DNA from: Nitrospirales bacterium
GTDB taxonomy: Bacteria > Nitrospirota > Nitrospiria > Nitrospirales > UBA8639
Direction of reading: 5' to 3'
DNA: 64,000 nucleotides
NCBI GenBank assembly: GCA_965223685.1
Contig: CBDCXG010000003.1
Coordinates: 166,362-230,361, forward strand
The notes beneath the pieces were generated by a model that saw nothing but the letters and a program-made list of their open reading frames with translations, was not told where the DNA came from and did not search any database. The position numbers and the translations under genes are program-made. Of the stretch, positions 1 through 9,082 are shown piece by piece (position 1 is the stretch's first letter; every line of letters starts with the position of its first letter).

Positions 1-386
1 AGTGCGGCATTCGTGCCGAGGAGGCCTAAGGTCAGAACCATATCGACAGAGGGTTCCTTTATTAACGCCGTCAGAGCTCGATCGACTTTTTTGACCGACC
101 ATCCGGCATGAATTTGATATTTTTTAGGAAACTGGACATCGAATTCTCCCCTGGTCAGTGAAAGAATTTCTTTTTGGATAAGGCCCTGCCGAATAAATTT
201 CCCCATCCCTAAATCGGAATGTGGTCCATCATACAACACGGCAATTCTCACAATCGGTAATGAACTGGCAATGGATGTAGATGACGTGAACAGCGCAAAG
301 GTCCAGAAAAGAACGAACATGACCAGCCCACGGCTTTTCAGTTGATGCCAACGGGGTTCTCTTAGGGTATTAGTCTGAATTCGCAC
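1..386 (-). CDS. 5' part of an exported protein running off the window edge; resembles the N-terminal region of large TolC-family outer-membrane proteins
   Basis: Manual translation gives an open frame from GTG 386 (or ATG 320) to the edge: ...MFVLFWTFALFTSSTSIASSLPIVRIAVLYDGP...KEILSLTRGEFDVQFP...; hydrophobic signal-like stretch. Family call is from recall only. Confidence 0.45.
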   Translation of the reverse strand, partial: MRIQTNTLREPRWHQLKSRGLVMFVLFWTFALFTSSTSIASSLPIVRIAVLYDGPHSDLGMGKFIRQGLIQKEILSLTRGEFDVQFPKKYQIHAGWSVKKVDRALTALIKEPSVDMVLTLGLLGTNAA

Positions 387-1212
387 GTTATCCGAGTTTA
401 TCTTTAGGTGTTAGTAGAGAGAAAAGGAAATGCTAATGCGTTTGATAATTTCCTGCTCGAGTCATTTTGAAGAATCTGACACTTTGTATCGTTGTTCCGA
501 AGCCTTTTAGCTGAGAGAAAATGGTAGCACTATTAGGAAGGCAAAGGAAGAGAAGGGATAACAGATGACGCCACAATCCTACGTCCCATAGTTGAGGTTT
601 CATCATTTCTATCGAAGACTGTCATGCTTCTATCCATTTCTACAAACTTGGCTATGACGCTTCGCTCCTCCTACGTCCTTAATAATTCGATCCCCGCTTT
701 CCGTCTGTCATCTGCCAAACCAACGAAGAAAGACTGAAAGAGACTTGGCGGAATTCATTCGAAAAATCAAGTGAGATAACATCAAGAATCGAAGTGCTCA
801 TTAATTAATTTAAGGATCTCATCAACAAAGATATACATCACCGGGGCAAATAACACCCAAATCCGCCTCAATTCCTCATCGCTAATTTCGTCTGGCATTA
901 ATCCTTACATTTAATCCCTGACATACACATTTCCTTCCAAGGGCATCATTGCTCCTTGTTTACACTGGATTTTTGAAATATTTGCGAGTTTTTTCAAAAT
1001 TAATTTTATTAGTAGAAATTAGACGTAATGACACAAAAGCGAAATGATGTCGAGGAAAGACTTTGGTGCCTTCGACAGCTATGACAATTCTTCAGAATGT
1101 ATTCAGGAAGTCCGAACAGGTAATAGGTAAAACCGTTCTGTCAGGAAGAAAATCCATGAATAACCAGGAAATTCGTTGATCGTTCTCAAGTTGATATAGA
1201 GCGCGGAAGACA

Positions 1213-4197
1213 ATGGAGATTGCCATATTCAATGATGCTATTTGGATCCTGATTTGTGCCATTATGGTGATGATGATGCAAGCAGGTTTTACTTGCCTCG
1301 AAAGTGGATTGGTACGAGCGAAAAATAGTATCAACGTCGCCATCAAAAATTTTATTGATTTTTGTATTGCTGCCACGCTTTTTTGGGGAGTTGGCTATGG
1401 ATTCATGTTTGGCGTCAGTGCGGCCGGTTGGATAGGAACAGATGGGTTCTTCTTCAACGAACAGACAGAACCATGGTTGTTAGCATTCTTTCTGTTCCAA
1501 CTGACGTTCTGCGGTACCGCCACAACATTAGTGTCTGGAGCGGTTGCGGAACGCATGCGGTTTTCCGGGTATTTAATCATGGCCATGATCATCTCCTGTG
1601 TTATTTATCCTGTAATTGGTCACTGGGTCTGGGGAGGGGCTCCCAATGGAACGCCCAGCGGCTGGTTGGCAAGCAAGGGATTCCTGGATTTCGCTGGTTC
1701 CACAGTAGTTCATTCTACAGGAGGATGGGTGGCTTTGGCCGCAATCCTCTTGATCGGTCCTCGACTCGGACGGTTTGGTGAACATGCGGTTCGGATTCAA
1801 GGACAGGATTTACCACTTGCTACCTTGGGCACCTTTCTCTTGTGGATTGGATGGATGGGGTTCAACGGTGGGAGCACGTTTCACCTTGCGGCGAACATTC
1901 CGCTCATTCTCGTCAACACAACCATGGCTGGCGCAACTGGAGCCTTGATAGCTCTCGCCATCTCTTGGCATCGCCGCGGCTATCCAGATGTGCTTGGGGT
2001 TATGAACGGAGCCTTGGCTGGATTGGTTGGGATAACCGCGTCAGCCCATATTATGTCACTCTCGTCATCTCTTATCATTGGAGCTGTTGCGGGTGTGATT
2101 TCTGTCGTCCTTTCGGACCTTTTGGAAAAGCTAAAGATCGATGATGTGATAGGAGCTGTTCCCGTACATGTGGGTGGAGGGGTTTGGGGAACATTGGCTG
2201 TTGCCCTCTTTAGTGACCCGGCCACGTGGGACACCGGTTTAGGGCGTTGGGAACAACTAGGTGTTCAGGCTATGGGTATTGGTGCCTGCTTTGTGTGGGC
2301 GTTTGGGGGAGGGTTTGCGCTTCTGTGGCTCGTGAACCAATGGTTTCCGCTCAGGGTATCTGCTGAAAGTGAGTGGGAGGGGCTCAATATGTCAGAGCAT
2401 GGAGCAAGTTCTGCGTTGCGTGATCTCCTCGGGGAGATGGATCACCGGCGTCAGACCGGTGATTTCTCTACTCCTGTCTCCGTCGAACCTCATACCGAGA
2501 TTGGGCAGATTGCCTTGGCCTACAACCGTGTCCAAGAAAAGGTCATTGTCGAAACCCAACAACGGGAACATGCTCTTCAAGCGCTGACAGAAAGTGAACA
2601 GCAATTTCGAATGCTGTCAGAGGCCTTACCAATTGGTGCCTTTGAATTAGATTGCGAAGGTCATTGTATCTATCAAAACCACGTCTGTGCAGACATCGTT
2701 CACACCTCGATAGCGCAACCCACCAATAGCGTTCCTCATGTTGCTTCCCATCACTACTGGCTACAGTGGTTTCATCCAAGCATTCAATCCACACTTGAGA
2801 CGAAATGGCAAGCTTTGCTAACGGAACACAAAAAACTTTCAGTCGAATGTCAAATGGCCTCGACACATTCCAGGGACCGCTGGGTTCAGGTGCTGCTGTC
2901 CCCCATAATCAGCGAGCAAACCGTCCGTTATATCGGCACGCTCGAAGATATTTCTGAACGCAAGATTGCTGAAGAAGCCTTACACAAGACGCTTGAAGAA
3001 CGCGAAGAAATTCTTTCTTCGATTTCAGCCATTATGATTGGGATAGATAAGCAAGGTCGAATCAGGCAGTGGAATAAGGTTGCCGAAGAAACATTTGGGA
3101 TTCCGTTCTCTAGCGTAAGACGGCAACCCTTTCAGTTATGTGGCTTGGAGTGGGATTGGCAACAAGTCGGGCAGGCCCTCGAACGGTGCCAGTCAACGTC
3201 TGCACCCGTACATTTGGATAGCTTGACTTACCAACGATCTAATGAAACTGATGGGTTTGTCGCCCTCACGCTGAATCCTTTGATGAGTGATGATGATCCC
3301 AAGTCTTTTAAAGGCATCCTAATGTTAGGAAAGGATATTACTGAACGCAAGCAGCTGGAAATGCAGTTGGGGTTGGCTCAGAAGATGGAATCTATTGGGC
3401 AGCTCGCCGCGGGAATTGCCCATGAAATTAATACTCCGACCCAATTTGTTAGCGATAACCTACGGTTTCTCACGGAGAGTTTTACAGACATCCAAAAAGT
3501 CTTGACCGTCTACGATCAAGTCATAAAGACGTTGCCGCGAGAAGCTCTGGACGCTCAACTGCTTGAGACGATGGAGACCACGATCGCTGAGGCCGATCTA
3601 GAATATGTCAGCGAAGAGATTCCCAAAGCCCTCCAGCAATCGTTAGATGGCTCCGAACGAGTCGGAAAAATTGTGCGGGCTATGAAAGATTTTTCGCATC
3701 CTGGCACCACGGAGAAAAAGCCGATTGATCTGAATCAAGCGATTGAGAGTACGATTACTGTCGCCCGCAATGAGTGGAAGTATGTGGCTGACGTGGTGAC
3801 GGCTTTTGATCCCCAGATGCCCGTCGTTCCTTGCCTACCGGGGGAATTCAATCAAGTCATTCTTAATTTGTTGATCAATGCCGCTCATGCGATTGAAGCG
3901 GCGATGGGGCCAGAGGCCGAGGTAAAAGGGACAATTACGGTTACCACACGGATGACGGAGTCTGGTGCAGAGATTCGGGTCACTGATACCGGCACTGGTA
4001 TCCCCGAAGCTGCGCGCAAAAAGCTTTTCGATCCCTTCTTTACGACAAAAGAAGTAGGCAAAGGAACGGGACAAGGGCTTGCCATTGCCCATGATGTCAT
4101 TGTGAACAAACATGGAGGCACCTTAACGTTTGAGTCGACGATTGGGGTTGGCGCCACCTTTATTATTCAGTTGCCATGTGAACCAATCGCAGTATAA
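1213..4197 (+). CDS. Ammonium transporter (Amt) domain fused to HAMP-like linker, two PAS domains and a histidine kinase (HisKA + HATPase)
   Basis: Amt motifs MQAGFTCLESG, FQLTF, HWVWGG, DFAGSTVVHSTGG, WIGWMGFNGGS, DDVIGAVPVH (twin His intact); PAS ends DISERK and DITERK; H-box GIAHEINTP; N, G1, F and G2 boxes (NLLINAAHA, DTGTGI, FDPFFTTK, GKGTGQGL). Confidence 0.95.
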   Translation: MEIAIFNDAIWILICAIMVMMMQAGFTCLESGLVRAKNSINVAIKNFIDFCIAATLFWGVGYGFMFGVSAAGWIGTDGFFFNEQTEPWLLAFFLFQLTFCGTATTLVSGAVAERMRFSGYLIMAMIISCVIYPVIGHWVWGGAPNGTPSGWLASKGFLDFAGSTVVHSTGGWVALAAILLIGPRLGRFGEHAVRIQGQDLPLATLGTFLLWIGWMGFNGGSTFHLAANIPLILVNTTMAGATGALIALAISWHRRGYPDVLGVMNGALAGLVGITASAHIMSLSSSLIIGAVAGVISVVLSDLLEKLKIDDVIGAVPVHVGGGVWGTLAVALFSDPATWDTGLGRWEQLGVQAMGIGACFVWAFGGGFALLWLVNQWFPLRVSAESEWEGLNMSEHGASSALRDLLGEMDHRRQTGDFSTPVSVEPHTEIGQIALAYNRVQEKVIVETQQREHALQALTESEQQFRMLSEALPIGAFELDCEGHCIYQNHVCADIVHTSIAQPTNSVPHVASHHYWLQWFHPSIQSTLETKWQALLTEHKKLSVECQMASTHSRDRWVQVLLSPIISEQTVRYIGTLEDISERKIAEEALHKTLEEREEILSSISAIMIGIDKQGRIRQWNKVAEETFGIPFSSVRRQPFQLCGLEWDWQQVGQALERCQSTSAPVHLDSLTYQRSNETDGFVALTLNPLMSDDDPKSFKGILMLGKDITERKQLEMQLGLAQKMESIGQLAAGIAHEINTPTQFVSDNLRFLTESFTDIQKVLTVYDQVIKTLPREALDAQLLETMETTIAEADLEYVSEEIPKALQQSLDGSERVGKIVRAMKDFSHPGTTEKKPIDLNQAIESTITVARNEWKYVADVVTAFDPQMPVVPCLPGEFNQVILNLLINAAHAIEAAMGPEAEVKGTITVTTRMTESGAEIRVTDTGTGIPEAARKKLFDPFFTTKEVGKGTGQGLAIAHDVIVNKHGGTLTFESTIGVGATFIIQLPCEPIAV

Positions 4198-4244
4198 GGA
4201 ATTGAAAGCTCATGGCTGCCAAAGTGATTGAGGGGGACCATGCA

Positions 4245-5939
4245 ATGAAAATTTTGGTTGCCGACGATAGCACGACCTATCGAGGGATCTTCCAAGCTCT
4301 CTTGAGTCAATGGGGTTTTGATGTCATTTTAGCTGCAGATGGTCAACAGGCCTTCCGTCTCTATCAGGAAGGAAACGGGGCCCTCTTGGCACTTGTTGAC
4401 TGGGAAATGCCCAATATGAGCGGTGTGGAACTATGTCAGCAACTTCGCAAGACTGACTCTATTGTTCAACCCTATATCATCATGGTCACCACGAAGGAAG
4501 AGGGGGCTGATAAGGTTTGTGCCTTGGACGCGGGTGCAGATGATTTCGTACCGAAACCTTTCAATGAAGAGGAGCTGCGAGCTCGGCTTCGGGTGGGAGA
4601 GCGAACGATTTCACTCCAGCAGCATCTCTTGCAGTCACTTATGGAACTGGAACGTACAACTAAAGTACAACAACAAACGGAACAAGAATTACGTAGAGCT
4701 TTTTCTGAAACCAAAGGTCTTGTCGCTTCAATTTCGCTTATCCTTATTGAAATAGACTTAGAAGGAAAAATTCAGCAATGGAATGATGCGGCCACAGAAA
4801 CATTTGATATTTCTGCTTCCTCCGTCATAGGCAAGAATATTGGGGGCTTAGCTCCTAAACTTTGGGAGTGGTCAAAGATCATGCAAGGCATTATAGAATG
4901 TGAAGAAAAAGGTCGGGCTCTCAAATTAGGTGAAATACTCTTCATGCGTCCTTCAGGAAAAGAAGGCATCCTAGAAGTCACGCTTAATCCACTTTTTACT
5001 GATGAAGGTATACGCTTTGGACTGTTGTTACTTGGTGAAGACATCACGGAACGCAAACAGTTAGAAGCCCAACTGGGACTGGCTCAGAAGATGGAATCCA
5101 TCGGGCAATTGGCCGCTGGCATTGCTCATGAAATCAACACCCCCACTCAATTTGTCAGTGACAACTTGCGGTTTCTGACTGAAAGTTTTGGGGACATTCA
5201 AAAAGTTCTGACCGTCTACGAGCAGGTGATCAAGTCCTTGCCTCCCGATGTCATTGATCGCCATCTCTTGACCACCATGGAGAATACGGTGGCCGAGGCC
5301 GATCTAGAATACGTCAGCGAAGAGATTCCCAAAGCCCTTCAGCAATCGTTAGACGGCTCCGAACGAGTCGGAAAAATCGTACAGGCCATGAAAGAGTTTT
5401 CGCATCCTGGCACCACGGAGAAAAAGCCGATTGACCTGAATAAAGCCATCGAGAGCACGATTACCGTAGCCCGCAATGAGTGGAAATATGTGGCTGACGT
5501 GGTGACGGATTTTGATCCCCAGTTGCCCGTCGTTCCGTGCCTGCCGGGGGAATTCAATCAAGTCATTCTCAATTTGTTGATCAATGCCGCCCATGCCATT
5601 GAGACGGCGTTGGGGCCAGAGGCCGAGGTCAAAGGAACGATCACGGTCACCACGCGGATAACGGAGTCCAGCGTAGAGATTTGGCTCACTGACACTGGCA
5701 CTGGTATTCCCGAAGCCGTCCGTAAAAAGCTCTTTGATCCCTTCTTTACGACAAAAGAAGTAGGCAAAGGAACGGGACAAGGGCTTGCCATTGCCCATGA
5801 TGTCATTGTGAACAAACATGGAGGCACCTTAACGTTTGAGTCGACGATTGGGGTTGGCACCACCTTTATTATTCAGTTGCCTTGTGATCAAGTGGGTAAT
5901 GCGGAGGAACATGATGAAGCACCAAATCTTGTTTGTTGA
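4245..5939 (+). CDS. Hybrid signalling protein REC-PAS-histidine kinase
   Basis: N-terminal receiver (ILVADD...LVDWEMP...TT...KPF), PAS ending DITERK, kinase core nearly identical to the upstream gene; start moved to ATG 4245 after GAGGGG. Confidence 0.93.
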   Translation: MKILVADDSTTYRGIFQALLSQWGFDVILAADGQQAFRLYQEGNGALLALVDWEMPNMSGVELCQQLRKTDSIVQPYIIMVTTKEEGADKVCALDAGADDFVPKPFNEEELRARLRVGERTISLQQHLLQSLMELERTTKVQQQTEQELRRAFSETKGLVASISLILIEIDLEGKIQQWNDAATETFDISASSVIGKNIGGLAPKLWEWSKIMQGIIECEEKGRALKLGEILFMRPSGKEGILEVTLNPLFTDEGIRFGLLLLGEDITERKQLEAQLGLAQKMESIGQLAAGIAHEINTPTQFVSDNLRFLTESFGDIQKVLTVYEQVIKSLPPDVIDRHLLTTMENTVAEADLEYVSEEIPKALQQSLDGSERVGKIVQAMKEFSHPGTTEKKPIDLNKAIESTITVARNEWKYVADVVTDFDPQLPVVPCLPGEFNQVILNLLINAAHAIETALGPEAEVKGTITVTTRITESSVEIWLTDTGTGIPEAVRKKLFDPFFTTKEVGKGTGQGLAIAHDVIVNKHGGTLTFESTIGVGTTFIIQLPCDQVGNAEEHDEAPNLVC

Positions 5940-7113
5940 TGACGAACCTCGCATATTAGAAGGGCTCAAACGCATGCTACGACCCATGCGGCGTGACTGG
6001 GAAATGTCTTTCGCCAATGGCGGCAAAGAGGCATTGGCTTTTCTCGAACATACGGCCGTTGATGTCGTCGTCTCCGACGTCCGCATGCCGGTCATCAACG
6101 GCGTTCAACTTTTGACGCAAGTGAAAAATCTCTATCCACACACTATTCGAATTTTGCTCTCCGGACAGTCTGATGAAGAGATGACTCTTTCGGCAATCGG
6201 ACCAGTCCATCAGTATCTTAATAAACCCTGTGACGCAAATATTCTGAAATCCACGATCACTCGCGCCTGTGCCCTGCGCGACCTCCTCAATGATGAACAA
6301 ATCCGGCAGCTGGTTTCTCAAATAGATACGATTCCTAGCGTGCCCGACTTGTATGTTGAGCTGGAAAAGGAATTACATTCGCCAGAATGCGCAATGGAAA
6401 ATGTGGCTGCGATCATGGCCAAAGATGTTGGGATGACGGCAAAAATCTTGAAGCTTGTGAATTCAGCGTTTTTTGGCACTCAACAACATATTTCAGATAT
6501 TACCCAAGCCGTCATGTACCTTGGCATTGATACCATCAAGACCCTTGTTTTGAGCATTCAGATCTTTCAGCAACTGGGGGCAATCATGTGTCACGGCTTT
6601 GACTTGGATCGGTTCAGCCAACACAGTCTGGCTGTCGCAGACGTTGCTCGAAAAATCATGATTTCAGAACAAGCGAATGGACAGATGGTTGACGAGACGT
6701 TGGCGGCAGCGATGCTTCATGACTTAGGAGCCCTCCTGTTCGTCTCGCATTTTCCTGATCGTTATCAAGAATGTCTGAGGGCGGCGTGCGATCAAAAGGT
6801 TCCTCTTTACGAAGCAGAGCTCCAAACAATTGGCATCACTCATGCTGAAGTAGGGGCTTATCTTCTTGGATTGTGGGGGCTGAACACTCCGATTGTGGAA
6901 GCGGTGGCCTATCATCACACTCCACTTGGAAGTCTCAACCAACAATTTTCCCCCCTTACCGCTGTGCATGTTGCCAATGTCTTGGTATCCGAGGGCACTG
7001 ATAGGTTATTACAGGAAAAGGTCAAGAATACAATATGTATGGAGTATATCGATGCCATGGGTCTTAGCAATCGTGTGGGACATTGGCAGAATTTAGTTGA
7101 AATTCTCGTGTGA
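5911..7113 (+). CDS. Response regulator with HDOD output domain
   Basis: ILFVDDE...VVSDVRMP...LLSG...NKPC receiver; HDOD motifs IPSVP, DVGMTAKILKLVNSAFFG, MLHDLG, THAEVGAYLLGLWGL; GGAGG RBS before ATG 5911. Confidence 0.92.
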   Translation: MMKHQILFVDDEPRILEGLKRMLRPMRRDWEMSFANGGKEALAFLEHTAVDVVVSDVRMPVINGVQLLTQVKNLYPHTIRILLSGQSDEEMTLSAIGPVHQYLNKPCDANILKSTITRACALRDLLNDEQIRQLVSQIDTIPSVPDLYVELEKELHSPECAMENVAAIMAKDVGMTAKILKLVNSAFFGTQQHISDITQAVMYLGIDTIKTLVLSIQIFQQLGAIMCHGFDLDRFSQHSLAVADVARKIMISEQANGQMVDETLAAAMLHDLGALLFVSHFPDRYQECLRAACDQKVPLYEAELQTIGITHAEVGAYLLGLWGLNTPIVEAVAYHHTPLGSLNQQFSPLTAVHVANVLVSEGTDRLLQEKVKNTICMEYIDAMGLSNRVGHWQNLVEILV

Positions 7114-7136
7114 AGGGTTCAATGGAGGCACAAACC

Positions 7137-8300
7137 ATGGACAAGGTCCTGTTAGTGGATGACGAACCGAGTGTATTAGACGCTCTCAAACGTCAGTTTC
7201 GTAAGCAATTTCAGCTCTTTACAGCTGTTGGTGGAGAGCAAGGGCTTGAGAAGATCACAGCCGAGGGACCATTTTCTGTCGTGGTGTCAGATTGTAAGAT
7301 GCCAAGAATGAATGGCATTGAATTCCTTTCCCGGGTACGTTCAGTGAGCCCTGACTCTGTGCGTATGATGCTCACCGGGAATAATGACTTAGACACAGCC
7401 ATGGAAGCTGTCAATCAAGGCGAGATTTTTCGTTTTCTTACAAAACCCTGTCCGCCGGAAACGTTTAAAATCTCGATCGAAGCGGCCATAAAGCAATATC
7501 GGCTTCTTCGAGCTGAGAAAGAACTCTTAGAACAGACTCTGACTGGATCTCTCAAGGCATTGGCCGATGTTCTTTCACTGTATAATCCAGAGGCATTTGC
7601 TCGTGCGGCACGAGTCAAACGCTATGCCTTAGGATTGGCGAAAGAAATGGGCGTACCGGAAGTATGGGACCTCGAAATCGCCTCAACGCTGTCTCAAATA
7701 GGATATATCACCCTTCCCAAAGAGCTGTTGCAGAAAAAAGATTCAGGGCAGCCCTTGACTTCTGATGAAACGAATGCGTTTTCTCAGTATCCAGAAGCAG
7801 GGCGGAATATTCTCGGGAATATTCCTCGGATGGAGGACGTGGCAGACCTCATTCATTGTCAGCATAAACATTTTGACGGATCAGGACTGCCAGAAGATGC
7901 TCGGAAAGGTGACACGATTCCCTTGGGTGCTCGACTCCTGAAGGTTGCTCTGGACTTTGATGAACTCCGCATGCAAGAAATTTCAAGATCCGAAGCTTTT
8001 GCAAAACTAGAGGTACGAACGGGCTGGTACGATCCGAAAATGCTTGATGCGCTGAAGGTGGCCTTTGTCCCCGAGCAACAGTATAAAATTGTTTCTATTT
8101 CTCTCAGTGAGCTTCAACCAAACATGGTGTTAGCAGATGGGATTTGTGATAGCAAGGGCCAACTTCTTGTAGGAAAAGGGCAGGATTTGTCGGAATGGAT
8201 GGTCACCCGACTGAAACAAATGACCGGAAACCAGGCCGTTCAAGAACCCATTCAGATTCTCGTTCAAGAGCCTCTTGACTGTGAAACATGCCATGCATAA
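7137..8300 (+). CDS. Response regulator with degenerate HD-GYP (RpfG-like) domain
   Basis: Receiver LLVDDE...VVSDCKMP...LTG...TKPC; HD motif replaced by LSQIG and HHERxDGSGYP by QHKHFDGSGLP; GGAGG RBS before ATG 7137. Confidence 0.88.
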   Translation: MDKVLLVDDEPSVLDALKRQFRKQFQLFTAVGGEQGLEKITAEGPFSVVVSDCKMPRMNGIEFLSRVRSVSPDSVRMMLTGNNDLDTAMEAVNQGEIFRFLTKPCPPETFKISIEAAIKQYRLLRAEKELLEQTLTGSLKALADVLSLYNPEAFARAARVKRYALGLAKEMGVPEVWDLEIASTLSQIGYITLPKELLQKKDSGQPLTSDETNAFSQYPEAGRNILGNIPRMEDVADLIHCQHKHFDGSGLPEDARKGDTIPLGARLLKVALDFDELRMQEISRSEAFAKLEVRTGWYDPKMLDALKVAFVPEQQYKIVSISLSELQPNMVLADGICDSKGQLLVGKGQDLSEWMVTRLKQMTGNQAVQEPIQILVQEPLDCETCHA

Positions 8301-8378
8301 GGACACCCAGACCCACAGGCTGTTAGGAAAATTCTGACCAATCACTCCCAGGCTTGCGGAATATAGGAGCCATGTCTC

Positions 8379-8783
8379 ATGGAAAAAATTCTTCTCGTTG
8401 ACGATGAGCCGAATGTCTTGGATGCACTTAAACGTGAATTCCACAAACAATTTCACCTACATACTGCATTGGGCGGACAGGAGGCACTCGCTACGCTCAG
8501 GATCTCAGGTCCCTATGCAGTCGTTGTCTCAGATTGCCGTATGCCTAGTATGGATGGGATTCAACTTCTCTCTCTTGTTCGAAAAGTTGCACCGAACACG
8601 GTGCGGATGATGCTAACTGGAAATAATGACATGGAGACAGCAATCGAGGCAGTCAACAAGGGAGAGATTTTTCGCTTTCTCACAAAACCGTGCCCATCCG
8701 ATACTTTCCACGCAGCAATCGCCGACGGCATAAAACAATATCATCTTAATTGCTCAAAAAAGCCCTCCTCCATTTCCTATTAA
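8379..8783 (+). CDS. Single-domain response regulator, paralogue of the receiver of the preceding gene
   Basis: LLVDDE...VVSDCRMP...MLTGNND...FRFLTKPC; ends just after the receiver domain. Confidence 0.88.
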   Translation: MEKILLVDDEPNVLDALKREFHKQFHLHTALGGQEALATLRISGPYAVVVSDCRMPSMDGIQLLSLVRKVAPNTVRMMLTGNNDMETAIEAVNKGEIFRFLTKPCPSDTFHAAIADGIKQYHLNCSKKPSSISY

Positions 8784-8866
8784 AGGCACCTCTAAAAACT
8801 GGTGTTTTTTTCTGAGGGCAAGGAAGCCGCGCGCGAAAAACCGCCTTGTAGGGGCCAATACAAGGA

Positions 8867-9070
8867 GGGAGTGTTGAATAATGAAGATATCAATGGCCAT
8901 ATTTCGCCAGGAGGCCCTTGGCGATCGTCTGTTCAAAAAAGTCCGTCCAGTCCTGTCCTGCGGCCTCCCGAAGGGAAGGCAGCAAGCCTTTTTGCGCGCG
9001 GAGCGTACTGGCACTACGTGAACACGGAAAAAGGGCGAGTACGCGGCTGGCGGCTTTTTTCAACAGACCC
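8867..9070. mobile_element. MITE-A copy 1 (204-bp variant)
   Basis: Ends GGGAGTGTTGAA / TTCAACAGACCC; flanked by direct repeat AAGGA (8862-8866, 9071-9075). Confidence 0.9.
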
Positions 9071-9082
9071 AAGGATGAAGGC

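Noticed and set aside
1060-1212. Sigma54/NtrC promoter upstream of the Amt kinase
   Set aside because: No GG-N10-GC match with acceptable flanks found.
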